This document shows, piece by piece, positions 25,971 to 37,767 of a stretch of DNA of 64,000 nucleotides (positions within the stretch are counted from its first letter, which is position 1; the number at the start of each line of letters is the position of its first letter). Under the pieces are notes generated by a model, which saw nothing but the letters and a program-made list of their open reading frames with translations, had not been told where the DNA came from and made no database searches. Source of the DNA: Takakia lepidozioides (taxonomy: Eukaryota; Plantae; Bryophyta). Position numbers and translations under genes: made by a program. Where the stretch lies: NCBI GenBank assembly GCA_030704615.1, contig CM060732.1:48980001-49044000 (forward strand), given 5' to 3'.

Positions 25971-27449
25971 CCACAGTAAGGACATTTGAACTTAGGCCGG
26001 CCCTTTGCTCCCTCCACCTTGGCCTCTCTACACCTGGTGTGGTAGTATGCGATCATTGTAGCATGCTCATGCTCAATGTACCCTCTTCAAGTGATCAAAT
26101 GGAATAGTAGCCTCTCCAGGGAACAGATAACAATCAGCCATGGCAAAAGAAAAAAGCTGACAGAAGAGAAGAGAAGAGCAAGAGCAAGAGCAAGACAAGA
26201 CCAAGAGAATTCCGAAGAACGCACAGCAGGGAGCACGCACAGCAAGGAGTGCAGGAAGAATAGGAAAGGGCTGCGAGAAGGGAAAAACTGAACAATGATC
26301 AAAGAACGAAGAACGAAGCTAGCTAGATGTCACCCGTAAGGCACGTTGGTTAAGCGAAAGAGGCGGTTCATTAAAATCTGGTGGCTTGCAATCAATTACA
26401 TCCGCACTGACTCACACGTGTATGAGTTGCAATTCCAGTGTCACTCGGAATAGCGGAGTGTAACCCGGAACCCTACACTTGTGAGCGCAACAAACCGGCC
26501 GTTACCCACATGCGAGACACGTCGAGTGTAACCCTCCGTCATGTACCACATATGATGTAACCCTTCGTCTCAACCTCATGTACCCCTAGTCTATGTGACT
26601 CCCGAACACAACATCGATGTAACCCTGTCATATCAAACCATTAGTATGCAACATCCAGGTAAACATGGTCAATGTAACGCCCCACCCATGTAACCCTAGC
26701 CTATGTGGCTCCACAAGCGCAACATCCACGTAACCCATCGAACATGTCAACCCCATCTAAACCTCCATTACTAAACCGTCTACCAAGCCACCATGTATTG
26801 AGAAAGAAAACACCGTATAACCCCCTGTGTGTAACCATAGCACGCGTGACGCAGTCATATAAACCATCAGACATGTAACCGGTTGACAGTGCTTGCAGAA
26901 CACGCATGATTTGATACGTATTGTATCCAGAATAGTGATGAGTAGGCTGCCCCGGCTGGTGTGTGAACAAAAGATACACGAGAGGAGAGTGAATGAGCAC
27001 CCCGTCAAATGAGCGGCTGCTTGCATGGCTAGACCGGAAGAAACAAAACCCTTTCCTAATGCGGATCTCAGGAATACCATAGCCATCGGGGACGGTGATA
27101 AAACAACAAGAATGACATTGAGAAAGAAAAAGGATAGAGACAACCGTATCAATCGTAGAGAAAACCGTATAATAGATTTGCCGGATCGCTGCGCGGAAAG
27201 CGTTGTCTTGCATGTTGCTGGGATGACGATACTGAACTGAATGAATTACAAATCTTTCGCATTGATGTGTGAAGCCGATTGGGCGCCACGGGAATTGCAG
27301 AAAGCTGATGCCCCAAAGCAAAAAAACGAGCAAGCTAGGAATTTGAAAAACGGATGGAGAGATGGAGAGAGCAAATTAGGGTTTCGGCCTCCATTTCAAC
27401 CTCCATTCGGCCGTCGGATAATTTACACGTGTATGATGTACACGAGGTG

Positions 27450-28710
27450 GAGTTACAGAGGGTTACATGGGTTACAGAGGGTCACAGAGGGTTACATGAG
27501 TTACAGAGGATTACATGGGGGTGAGGGTGACACTCTGCGGTGTTACAGAGGGTTACATGGGTTACAGAGGGTTACATGGTGGTGAGGGTTACACCTGGTG
27601 AGGGTTACAGAGGGTTACATGGAGTGAGGGTGTCACTCTGCGGTGTTACAGAGGGATACATGGGTTACAGAGGGTTACATGGAAGTGAGGGTGACACTCT
27701 GCGGTGTTACATAGGGTTACATGGGTTACAGAGGGTTACATAGTGGTGAGGGTTACACCTGGTGAGGGTTATAGAGGGTCACAGAGGGTTACATGGTGGT
27801 GAGGGTTACAGAGGGTCACAGAGGGTTACATGGAGTGAGGGTTACATGGGGGTGAGGGTAACACTCTGCGGTGTTACAGAGGATTACATGGGTTATAAAG
27901 GATTACATGGTGGTGAGGGTTACAGAGGATTACATGGAGTGAGGGTTACATAGGGGTGAGGGTGTCACTCTGCGGTGTTACAGAGGGATACATGGTGGTG
28001 AGGGTTACAGAGGGTCACAGAGGATTACATGGAGTGAGGGTTACATGGGGGTGAGGGTGACACTCTGCGGTGTTACAGAGGGTTACAGAGGGTTACATGG
28101 AGTGAGGGTTACAAAGGGGTGAGGGTGACACTCTGCGGTGTTACAGAGGGTTACATGGGTTATAGAGAGTTACACCTGGTGAGGGTTATAGAGGGTCACA
28201 GAGGGTTACATGGTGGTGAGGGTTACAGAGGGTCACAGAGGGTTACATGGAGTGAGGGTTACATGGGGGTGAGGGTGACACTCTGGTGTTACAGAGGGTT
28301 ACATGGATTACAAAGGGTTACATGGTGGTGAGGGGTTACAGAGGGTTACATGGAGTGAGGGTTACATAGGGGTGAGGGTGTCACTCTGCGGTGTTAAAGA
28401 GGGATACACGGGTTACAGAGGGTTACATGGTGGTGAGGGTTACAGAGGGTCACAGAGGGTTACATGGAGTGAGGGTTACATGGTGGTGAGGTTTATAGAG
28501 GGTCACAGAGGGTTACATGGGGGTGAGGGTGACACTCTGCGGTGTTACAGAGGGTTACATGGGTTACAGAGGGTCACAAAGGGTTAAGGGTTGAGGGTTA
28601 CATAGGGGTGGGGGTGACACTCTGCGGTGTTACAGAGGGTTACATGGTGGTGAGGGTTACAGAGGGTCATGGGTTGTAGAGGGTTACATGGGTTACAGAG
28701 GGTTACATGG
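27450..28710 (-). repeat. Right subterminal GGGTTACA array of element C (inverse of the left array)
   Basis: Dense GAGGGTTACATGG / GGGTGACACTCTGCGGTGTTACA motifs. Confidence 0.95.
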
Positions 28711-30466
28711 TGGTTAGTGGTTACTGGCGGACTGGTGTCGCAAAACGACGACGCCGATGGGATGAGAGCGGGGCTGGGGAGGGATTGACCGAGCCCAGCC
28801 GGCTGCCTTTCAATGGCTGCCGGAGGCGGAGAACCGGCAGTACCGGGTGTCAGGGCTGGACCGTCCTGACACGCTCGCATTAAGTTCTTACATTATTTCT
28901 ATTATCTTCCCAATGCTTCTATGCTTCTGCAATATTTTTAAATGCATATCAGATGCTTCACCCTCCATTTCTATGCCTACATGCCCTCCATTTCTCCTAC
29001 TTTTAACACTAGACTCCTTCCTTCTTCATGGCCATGTTCCAAAAGATTCCCTAATGGCCTCTGTCCCAGCATCTGTCCCAATGCTCTTGGGTGCGAAACC
29101 CCACTCTTGATGTCCACCTCTTCTTCTTCAACCTTCTATCTGCGCGCAATCTCATCTTGTGAGGAAGAAAACACCTACCTTACCTTGCGAGTAGCACTTA
29201 GGTAGGAGAAATGTATGAGACAAGTACAAGCCAGGTACAACAGCCGGGTAGTGTAGGTATATACTATATACGTATTAAATATGCGGTTCATAGTAAGGTC
29301 TGGGGTGGCCCCCAAACGCGGAGGTTTCTCAGGCTGAAGATCCCGCCACTCACATAGGTCACCATTCTGCATGCAGAATGGCTTCCGGATCACAAACTCG
29401 CCATTCTGTAGGATGCAGAATGGCTTCCAGAAAAGAGAACAGTAGAAACACCCCATACCTTCTGGCGGGTAAGGTGGTGGCGAGCCAGAGGGCGAGCTGC
29501 CACCGAAACCGCCATAATGGCATGTTGCGGCCCATTCCAGTAAGTAAAGGATTGAGTCTGCCGCCCTCTTATTGGCCTGCCAGTCTTAATCAAACACATT
29601 ATGTTTCATAATGTGCTAGGGGCATGAGGCGTAGATTTTTGCTTTTTAATCCTCCTGGAAATACGCCATATTAGGCAGGCAAAATCCTTTACGCCATTGG
29701 AGGCGCCGGGCAGCATCATTCTGCTCGGTTCGCTGCCCGTCCTCGAATTCTGGCGAGCCCTTGCTGCCCGGCGCCTTCTATAGTACAAAAGACACAAACC
29801 TGTGCTATATATACGCAGTTAACGTTTTAACCAGGGTAGAAAGGAGACATGGTCATGTTCCTAACTGGAAGCCCCGGATTTGGAATATTATCCCGGGATA
29901 TGGAATTTTAGGGAATATTGTCTCGGGCTTTGCCGTTCTGGCCTTTCTGGGCTTCCGTAGACAGACTCGCTCACACAAAAAAAAGGGGCTGCGACGGAAG
30001 GGAGAGCGAGAGAGAGGCGCGGGGGGCGGTGGAGGTGCTGCATTGTCGTCGTACTCGCCTGAGCGATGAGCCTTTCCATACACCAGCGCCTGGTATGCGG
30101 CCGTCAGTGGAGGGGTACGAGCGTCCCAAATCTGCGAGCTGTAAGCAGTTTCTGTCATGGAGGTGGAAGCAGGTGAGAATTCTATTTCGTCTTGCTGAAT
30201 CGAATAGATTCTTCGACGTAAGATTATTGTTATCGTTATTTTTTAATTTTTTTCTGAGAATCTTCGTCTCGAATTGAAAGATGAAATTTCGTCGGCTGGT
30301 TGCTGTTTGGCCTGCTGTAGAAGTACTGCACAGCGTTGCACACATTTCCGTGCTCTATATGTGGCTAAAATCTAGTGCCGGGATTTTTTCAACTTCTTGT
30401 GTGTGAATGAGTTTCTCTGATGAAGAATAATTTTCAGGGATTGGTTGTAGTAGCAGCTTGGCCATC

Positions 30467-32974
30467 ATGACTGCTTTGGAAAGAAAAACAGGAGAGGGAT
30501 TCAACAAAAACTCCTGTGGCATTTGTGGAGATTTGAAGACACTATGTAAGGCAGGACGGCTCAAAGAGGCACTGCACATTTTGAACCAACGAGACATTCA
30601 GGCCGACTTCAATACATATGTATGTGTCTTGCAGCAGTGTATTAATATGAAAGGCCTGGCAGAGGGAAAGCAGGTGCATGCCCATATTATCCAAACTGGA
30701 GTCAAGCCAAACATCTTTTTACTTAACACCCTTGTCAACATGTATGCCAAATGCGGAAGCATGGTGCATGCACGCAACCTGTTTGACAAAATGCCTGAAC
30801 GAGATATGTTTACTTGGAATATAATGATTGGAGGATATGCCAAGCGGGGACATGGTAGGGAGGCCTTGAAGATCTATGAAGAAATGCAACGGGAAGAAGT
30901 GACGCCAGACAGGGTGACATTCATGTGTGTTCTCAATGCGTGTGCCAGTCTAGGAACGCTGGAAAAGGGCAAAGAGGTCCATGCTGGCCTCATCAAAACT
31001 GGAATTGTGCCTGATATGAAGTTGGAGAATTCCCTTGTTAACATGTATGCCAAATGCGGGAGCATAAATGATGCACGGCAAGTATTCAACAGTATGTCTA
31101 AAAGAAATGTGGTCTCATGGAATGTGATGATCATAGGGTATGCTCAGCATGGGTGTGGTAGGGAGGTTTTCTTACTCTATCAGCAACTGATACAGGAAGG
31201 GATGAAGCCTGACAAGATCACGTTTATTTGTGTTCTCAATGGATGTGCCAGCTTAGGAAATCTGGAAAAGGGCAAAGAAGTCCATGCTGACATCATCGAA
31301 GCTGGAATTGCATCATATATAAATTTGGAGAACACCCTTGTCAACATGTATGCCAAATGTGGGAGTATAGAGGATGCACGTCAAGTTTTTGATGATATGG
31401 CTAAACGCAATGTGGTCTCATGGAGTGCAATGATAGCAGGATATGCTCTGCATGGGTGTGGCAGGGAGGCTTTCCAAATCTATGAGCAAATGATGTGGGA
31501 AGGCGTGACACCGAACAAAGTTACATTCCTTTGCATTCTCAATGCGTGTGCCAGTATAGGAGCCTTGGAAAAGGGCAAAGAGGTCCATGCTCACATCATC
31601 AAAGCTGGAATTGTGTCATACATAAATTTGGAAAATACCCTTGTTGACATGTATGCCAAGTGCGGGAGCATGAAGGATGCACGTCAAGTGTTTGACAATA
31701 TGACCAAACGAAATCTGGTTTCATGGAGTGCGATAATCGCAGGATATACACAGCATAGTTGTGGTAGTGACGCTTTGGAGATCTATGAGCAAATGCAACA
31801 GGAAGGGGTGACACCTGACAGGGTCACGTTCACTTGCATTCTTAATGCATGTGCCAGTCTAGGAGCCCTGGAAAAGGGCAAGGAAGTCCACACTCACATA
31901 CTTGAAAGTCAAATTCCAGCAGATATTATTCTGGAGACTGCCCTTGCTGACATGTACGCCAAATGTGGAAACATGATAGACGCACGTCAAGTCTTTGATA
32001 ATATGGCTAAACGAAATGTGGTATCATGGAGTGTGATGATCGCAGGATATGCTCAGCATGGTTGTGGTAGGGAGGCTTTCGACATATATGAGCAAATGCA
32101 ACGGGAAGAGGTGACACCCAACAGGGTGACATTCATATGTGTTCTCAATGCATGTGCCAGCCTAGGAGCCCTGGAAAAGGGCAAAGAGGTCCACACTGAC
32201 ATCATCAAAGCTGGAATTGCATCATCTATCAATTTGGAGAATACCCTTGTTAACATGTATGCCAAATGCGGGAGTGTAGAGGATGCACACCAAGTGTTCA
32301 ACAAGATGGCTCAACGAAATGTGGTCTCCTGGAGCGCAATGACTACAGCATATGCTCAGCATGGGTGTGGTCGGGAGGCCCTGCAACTATTTGAACAAAT
32401 GCAACAGGAAGGCTTGAAGCCGGACAGTATCACCTTTGTTTCTGTTCTCTCTGCATGTAGCCATGTGGGCCTAGTGGATGAAGGCCATCATTACTTTGAC
32501 TCAATGAGTCGCATTCATGGCCTCACTCCTACAGCAGAGCATTTTGCCTGCATGGTGGATCTTCTTGGTCGTGCAGGCCGATTGGATGAGGCAGAAGACT
32601 TCATCAACAAAATGCCGATGGAACCAGATCCTCTAGTGTGGGGGGCCTTGCTTGGTGCCTGTAGAATACATGGTGATCTAGAGCTAGCAGAACATGCAGC
32701 AGAAAGCCTTCTCAAGTTGGATCCACAGGATGCTGTAACTTATGTGCTGCTATCCAACATCTATGCTGCAGCTGGCAGGTGGGAGGATAAAGCAAAGGTG
32801 AGGAAAATGATGGAGGAGAGAGGTATTAAAAAGGAGCCAGGGCGTAGCTGCATTGAGGTTGACGTGCCAATCACATTGCCATCACACCATCAGGCTCGAC
32901 TGATGGCAAACGGGAGGCATAATATGCCAATCCCTGCCCATTCCCTGGCGTTAAGAGCTGAGGTGACAGCCTGA
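30467..32974 (+). CDS. PLS-class pentatricopeptide repeat protein with E domain, no DYW (organellar RNA-editing factor type)
   Basis: About six ~101-aa P-L-S triplets (NTLVNMYAKCGS...VVSW...YAQHG.GREA). L2/S2 (HFACMVDLLGRAG) and E motifs (VWGALLGACRIHG, YVLLSNIYAAAGRW) are followed by KKEPGRSCIEV. A short upstream exon (ATG 30157, intron 30173-30437) would be in frame but is unverified. Confidence 0.95.
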   Translation: MTALERKTGEGFNKNSCGICGDLKTLCKAGRLKEALHILNQRDIQADFNTYVCVLQQCINMKGLAEGKQVHAHIIQTGVKPNIFLLNTLVNMYAKCGSMVHARNLFDKMPERDMFTWNIMIGGYAKRGHGREALKIYEEMQREEVTPDRVTFMCVLNACASLGTLEKGKEVHAGLIKTGIVPDMKLENSLVNMYAKCGSINDARQVFNSMSKRNVVSWNVMIIGYAQHGCGREVFLLYQQLIQEGMKPDKITFICVLNGCASLGNLEKGKEVHADIIEAGIASYINLENTLVNMYAKCGSIEDARQVFDDMAKRNVVSWSAMIAGYALHGCGREAFQIYEQMMWEGVTPNKVTFLCILNACASIGALEKGKEVHAHIIKAGIVSYINLENTLVDMYAKCGSMKDARQVFDNMTKRNLVSWSAIIAGYTQHSCGSDALEIYEQMQQEGVTPDRVTFTCILNACASLGALEKGKEVHTHILESQIPADIILETALADMYAKCGNMIDARQVFDNMAKRNVVSWSVMIAGYAQHGCGREAFDIYEQMQREEVTPNRVTFICVLNACASLGALEKGKEVHTDIIKAGIASSINLENTLVNMYAKCGSVEDAHQVFNKMAQRNVVSWSAMTTAYAQHGCGREALQLFEQMQQEGLKPDSITFVSVLSACSHVGLVDEGHHYFDSMSRIHGLTPTAEHFACMVDLLGRAGRLDEAEDFINKMPMEPDPLVWGALLGACRIHGDLELAEHAAESLLKLDPQDAVTYVLLSNIYAAAGRWEDKAKVRKMMEERGIKKEPGRSCIEVDVPITLPSHHQARLMANGRHNMPIPAHSLALRAEVTA

Positions 32975-33387
32975 ACAGCCGATTCGCTATGCCGAATTGG
33001 CAAGGTCTGCCGATTCAGTATGCAGAATCAGCCAAAGGCTGTTGAACTTCCTCCCATCTGGATTGTGCCAGGGAGTCCTCCTCTAAAATGGCAGAAAAGG
33101 CCATCAAAGCTCTTAGCGGTAGCATTTGAGATGGTTAGGAAAGGCTCTATGTACTTAAGCCACATTTGGTCGGTCTGCAACTGCAGACTTTGCTTTGCCG
33201 AGGAGTAGTAGGAGGACGCCATAGCTGCGATACCGTTGGAAAGATTGAAGGCTGGAGGTTGAAGGAGATTGACGAATCGCAATGGATAACAAGAAGCTGA
33301 GCAGCAAAGACGAGAAGTCGAAGCGAAAAGAGGTGCGCCTCAATTTCTGTGAGAATCTCCTTCAACAGCTCTCTTTCTATCCAGTCT

Positions 33388-33539
33388 GGAATATATACTT
33401 CGCCAGAATGCTTGAAACCAGATGCGGCCATCACAGAAAAGAGTGATGTCTACAGAGAGCACGGCGCAGATCAAGAAGCTTGCAATGGAAGCACCACCCA
33501 ACCATTCCCTCATTTTTTTGGGCCACAACGGTCCTACCG
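33388..33539 (+). pseudogene. Fused gene fragments: protein-kinase subdomain VIII-IX piece followed by a metallophosphoesterase-like piece
   Basis: GIYTSPEC...AITEKSDVY, then in another frame LIFLGHNGPTG ending at a GT donor. Recognised by eye only. Confidence 0.45.
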
Positions 33540-36500
33540 GTATTCCCCCCACTCTTTGGAGCTTTGTTCTTGATTTGGCTCAGGTAAAACTGTCCTGCTT
33601 GTGTTCCATAGTTGTCCTTTTACTAGATTCGAAGCTCAGAGGTTTTTCCCCTGTCAGAACAATGGTTCATTGTCGAGTGTGTCAGCTGGATTGCATGCAC
33701 TTTCACTAACATCGAGGTGGGTCTGGCCCTACTACCTTTTTGTTACACTGGACTGTATAGACAGGTCATCAGTCACTACAATGATTTGTATGTGTACCAC
33801 AAAAGGTGTATATGAATCAGTTGGCTTTGGATATGGGCATGTGCTAAACAGGGCTAGGGTCCAGGCCACATGCCATATGTGGAAGGGACTGGGGTGCAAA
33901 AGGAGGAGACCATGGTCATTCAGGTACTGCCTTCCCCTCCAGCGCCCTTTCTTCTTGTGTCTCTTCCACTCTCAGAAGCCCAGACACAGTTAGGAGAGAC
34001 AGATAGGTGTTGGGGCAAATATAATAATCTTTCTCCTGGAAGCTTCATAAGACCTGCCTAATGGGCTCATGATAGCAGATTTGGAGGAAGCTATAGTTTC
34101 TGTGAAACAGGAGGGAAGCAGCGGCAGAGCCCCTCTCCATCCAAAGCATGGGGGATGTTTCCACGTCTAGAACGACGAAAACCACTGACCGACATTTTGT
34201 GGTAGTAGAATTTGCAGATGGGGAAGCCAAAAATATTTGTTTTGTTCTCTTGTTGCTGTTGTACCAATACTTCTACGTAGCATTTTTTGTGGGTATGCCA
34301 CCTATGCAGTGTCAAAGGTACACTTAAGTCAGTTTTCTTTGGTTGTGATGTGACAGGTTGCAGGTGTTACTGAGGACATATATTTGGGGCCACATGGTGC
34401 ACCTCCACAATATTCTCGTGGTCAATCAACTTCAGCAGGCAGAAAGCATCGGCTGACACAGAAACTGAAAGATGTAGAAAAGAAAGGGAGTCTGGCAGGC
34501 CGGGAGAACAAGGTGGAAACCTTATGGGACCTCATGGGTGGTAAATCTGATTTACAAGCTGTTTTGAGTAGATGGCTTGCATAATTCCAATGAGGACTTC
34601 GCATGGTCCAAGTAGGCTGTGTCAGAAAAGCACTCTCTTTTTGTTGTGTGAGGTAGAGGGGTGCTTGTTACTCTTTAAAAGAGGGAAGGGTTTGGCCTTG
34701 AAACATGCATTACATGCAATGGCTTGCAGAAAGACTTGGCTGTAGGTTGCATTTTGATATTGTCTTTTACCCTCTCCTTTTCCTGAAACTTATGATGTCA
34801 CTGAGTGCAATTTTGAAGCAAACATTTTGCAACTACCAACTGCACCATTTTTGTGAAGAGAAATTGTTTGAAAGAGTGGTATCTTCATTTTTATATGAAT
34901 GGACATTCTTCCCCAATGTTGATGTGGCTCTGTGTAGGTGCCTTCTGAATTTATGCTTCCCCATGATATCGTTGAATTTCAGAGCTTAATCATGAGCTAG
35001 GATGTGTTAAACTACAGGCCACAACAGTGGCAGCTAGCGGGTGACAAAGTTGAGTCCCTAGCACCTAGGGCTCCTATGGGCGACACTGCAGCTCCCCTCC
35101 CTCTTTTCTCTCTCAATGCCCAGAATTGGTTTCCCTCCCATTACTTGATTATCAACATAACAATTGACCTGTCAAAGACCCCTGCAATTTGGTTATGCTT
35201 GTACATATGTACAGAAAATCTATGCAATCTATCAGGCAGCGATGGATTTTTCCCTGTGTCAGGATTGCTTGCTTTTCTCTTGTGTTGATGTTGCTGTTGT
35301 CCTCGCCTGGCGAATGTTTAGGTACTCAGGGAATTAGAGCACTTGATCCGGAGTGGGAAATAAACACAAACCGTTGGCAACCCGCTGGCCTGCCATGTGT
35401 GTTGGATTGTTCGTGACGGTATGTCTGGGCGTTGATCGTCCTGTATAGGCCTTCATAGCCCATAAATGAAAGGGGCTTAATCTTTCCCCCTCCTCAAGGG
35501 CCTGAATTGTGGGCTGTCGCTCCAAGGTTTCCTTTGAGAAAAAAAAAAAAAGGGTAGCCAAAGGTCGAAATTTTGCGAAAAACCCGCCAGGGAAAAACAA
35601 ACGCTGGAGGATTTCCCTCAAAGATCTACGTTCTGTATGTAACTCTCTCTAGTCCCTCAAATATTGGTCTCTTCTCGAATTCAATTTTCTGGTAGATGAT
35701 TTTCAAGTGATTTCCCTCTTCTCCCTCTTCCCGTCCTATTGAAGTTACGCTGCTCAACTGGGGAGGGGAGAAACTTGGAAGTAAGCGGGATAGAAGAAGA
35801 TACCTACATATAATCTGGGGTAGAACGCCAAGCTTTTAAAAATCTTCCGACTGTAATCAGGTTAGAGTGGAGACTGCCTAGGTGGTACTAACAAAGCACC
35901 AACCTTTGGTCTATAGTATCGACTGCTATCGACTGCTGTTGCGTGTAAGTCAATCTCACGCGAAACAAGTGTGCCAAGTCATGACGTGCGGACAGACGAA
36001 TTCTGTAGAGAAATTGGTCAAGATTGGATGTTCCAAGCGTTGAGGAATGAAAGGTTTTCTCGACTGCGCAATTGATGCACCTCTAAACGTTTGGGGAGGT
36101 CTCATAGCCGGCATTGCTTGAGCGTCCACATTTTACCTAATTATACATCACTCCCTCGGAACGAAGGCACCTGGCATTACTGGTCACAAGTCACAACGTC
36201 TCAATCCAAGAGTGGCCCCCGAGTTTAGTCAGGCACGTCGCTAAATTAAGAAATCGTTTATACTCCAAATTTAGATCGATCGATCACCTTTTTGATCCCA
36301 ACCAACTTTTGTCTCCAAATGCACAACCCAAAATACCAAAATAGCATCGATCGATGGCTTTTGGACATGTGCAAAGAGATCCATTTATAAGCTCAAAGAG
36401 CTCGGGCTGGCATTAATCTGAGTTGCATCTCTTTGTCTCTCTCTCTGAGTCCAGTGCTCAGGCGTTGGATTTGCAGCTGCTGGCCAGCTTGTCCAGATCA

Positions 36501-36615
36501 TTTTTCTCTTTGAGTTTGAGTTCGACTGTGCCTGTTCGCCTTGCTGCGTATTCTTGCCCTGCGGTTTTCCCTGCTTGTACAATCTGCGTAGGCTCGAGGG
36601 CGATAATCAGAAGCA

Positions 36616-37767
36616 ATGGTGGGCCCGGGGCCATTTCCTAACTGGATACAAACATTTTTATCTTCTTCATACGGATCGAAGCCATGTAATACTTGTTGTA
36701 AACGAAGAATATGCAGAAACTACTTCTGTGTTGATTGTCATGAAGGACATCTTTGTGATATGGAGTTTACAGTTCCTAGCAACGCCCACTTTAGTCATCG
36801 TCGCCTGCAAATACGAAAAGCCTCAAACAGAAACGCAGTTCGTAGCGTCGACATCCGCGAACTTGTTGAGGTGGCAGGAATTCAGGAGTACAGTATCAAT
36901 GACCATACAATTTTCTTTCTTTCCGCTTCACCCGGGAAGAAAGAACGAGTTGTGGCCCAGTCCAAGAAGTCTGGAGCGATGGACCCCAGGGCACTTTGCA
37001 GCACTTGTAAATGGAAATTGATCAAGGCACGCTCACCGCACGAGGACAGAAACATTCTGCTGTCCCTTCCATCTGGTGAGCCCACGCAGCTCCTGCCAAC
37101 GAACTTGAGCAAGCAGCAAGGCGGTATACTGTTTTGCTCCTTAGAGTGCAAGCTGCTGGGTCTGGACACAACTAGCGATCTAATCAGAACTTCTAGCCAG
37201 ATTCAAGGAGGACAAGAGGAGGGCGACGAGAGAATCCATGTCCATATTGTAGGGGCACAAGCGTGCTTAGGAGCGTTTCCCCCAGGTGCATCTTTTGACA
37301 GTGCCATCAACGCAACACTTACCCCGGCGGCGTTGTTACCTGAGGAATGTGTGCCACCGAAGAAGCGCCGGTCTTATGTACGCCCTGCTATCATAGAAGC
37401 AGAGGAGGAGGACGAGAGAATCCATGCATCCTTCAATAGTGTCGGGGCACAATTAGCGTGCTCAGGAGCACTTCCTGGAAAAGCTGCAGGTCCTGAAGAT
37501 TCAAGCAAGGCATGCAGGAGACTAAACGATGAATTAGTCGCACCCTCTACTCTTTGTGGATTCAAAATCTACATAAGGAGCCCAGCTATCGTACCTGCAC
37601 CTTCTGACGATGCCAGCATCTCAACACTTACAACCTCGGTCAGACGGTATGAGGAGTGTTTGCCTCCAAAGAAGCGTCCATATTCTCAGTTACTCGCTGC
37701 CATGACAGAAGCAGATCAGACGCAAGCACAAGAGCAATCCGTGGCTATGAAGAGACTCAAGTGCTGA
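36616..37767 (+). CDS. PLATZ zinc-binding transcription factor-like protein, intronless
   Basis: PNWIQTFL, NYFCVDC, HRRLQIRK, GIQEYSINDHTIFFL, CSTC and FCSLECKL occur in PLATZ order in an open 383-aa frame. Confidence 0.88.
   Translation: MVGPGPFPNWIQTFLSSSYGSKPCNTCCKRRICRNYFCVDCHEGHLCDMEFTVPSNAHFSHRRLQIRKASNRNAVRSVDIRELVEVAGIQEYSINDHTIFFLSASPGKKERVVAQSKKSGAMDPRALCSTCKWKLIKARSPHEDRNILLSLPSGEPTQLLPTNLSKQQGGILFCSLECKLLGLDTTSDLIRTSSQIQGGQEEGDERIHVHIVGAQACLGAFPPGASFDSAINATLTPAALLPEECVPPKKRRSYVRPAIIEAEEEDERIHASFNSVGAQLACSGALPGKAAGPEDSSKACRRLNDELVAPSTLCGFKIYIRSPAIVPAPSDDASISTLTTSVRRYEECLPPKKRPYSQLLAAMTEADQTQAQEQSVAMKRLKC

Larger units (their letters stand above)
14421..28737. mobile_element. Large Mutator-like element (element C) with disrupted transposase and Ulp1-like protease cargo
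   Basis: Perfect TIR CACCAGTCCGCCAGTAACCACTAACCACCATGTAACCCTC at 14421 with its reverse complement ending at 28737. Long inverted subterminal arrays, MULE and SWIM motifs inside. No 9-bp TSD was found. Confidence 0.85.

Noticed and set aside
27241-28587. GYRGLHG / RVTW repetitive ORFs (also at 14398-16283)
   Set aside because: They are translations of the subterminal repeat, open in several frames, with no protein signature.
14450-28710. GGGTTAC(A) arrays as telomeric or interstitial telomere repeats
   Set aside because: They are irregular, interleaved with longer units and arranged as inverted subterminal arrays inside a TIR element.
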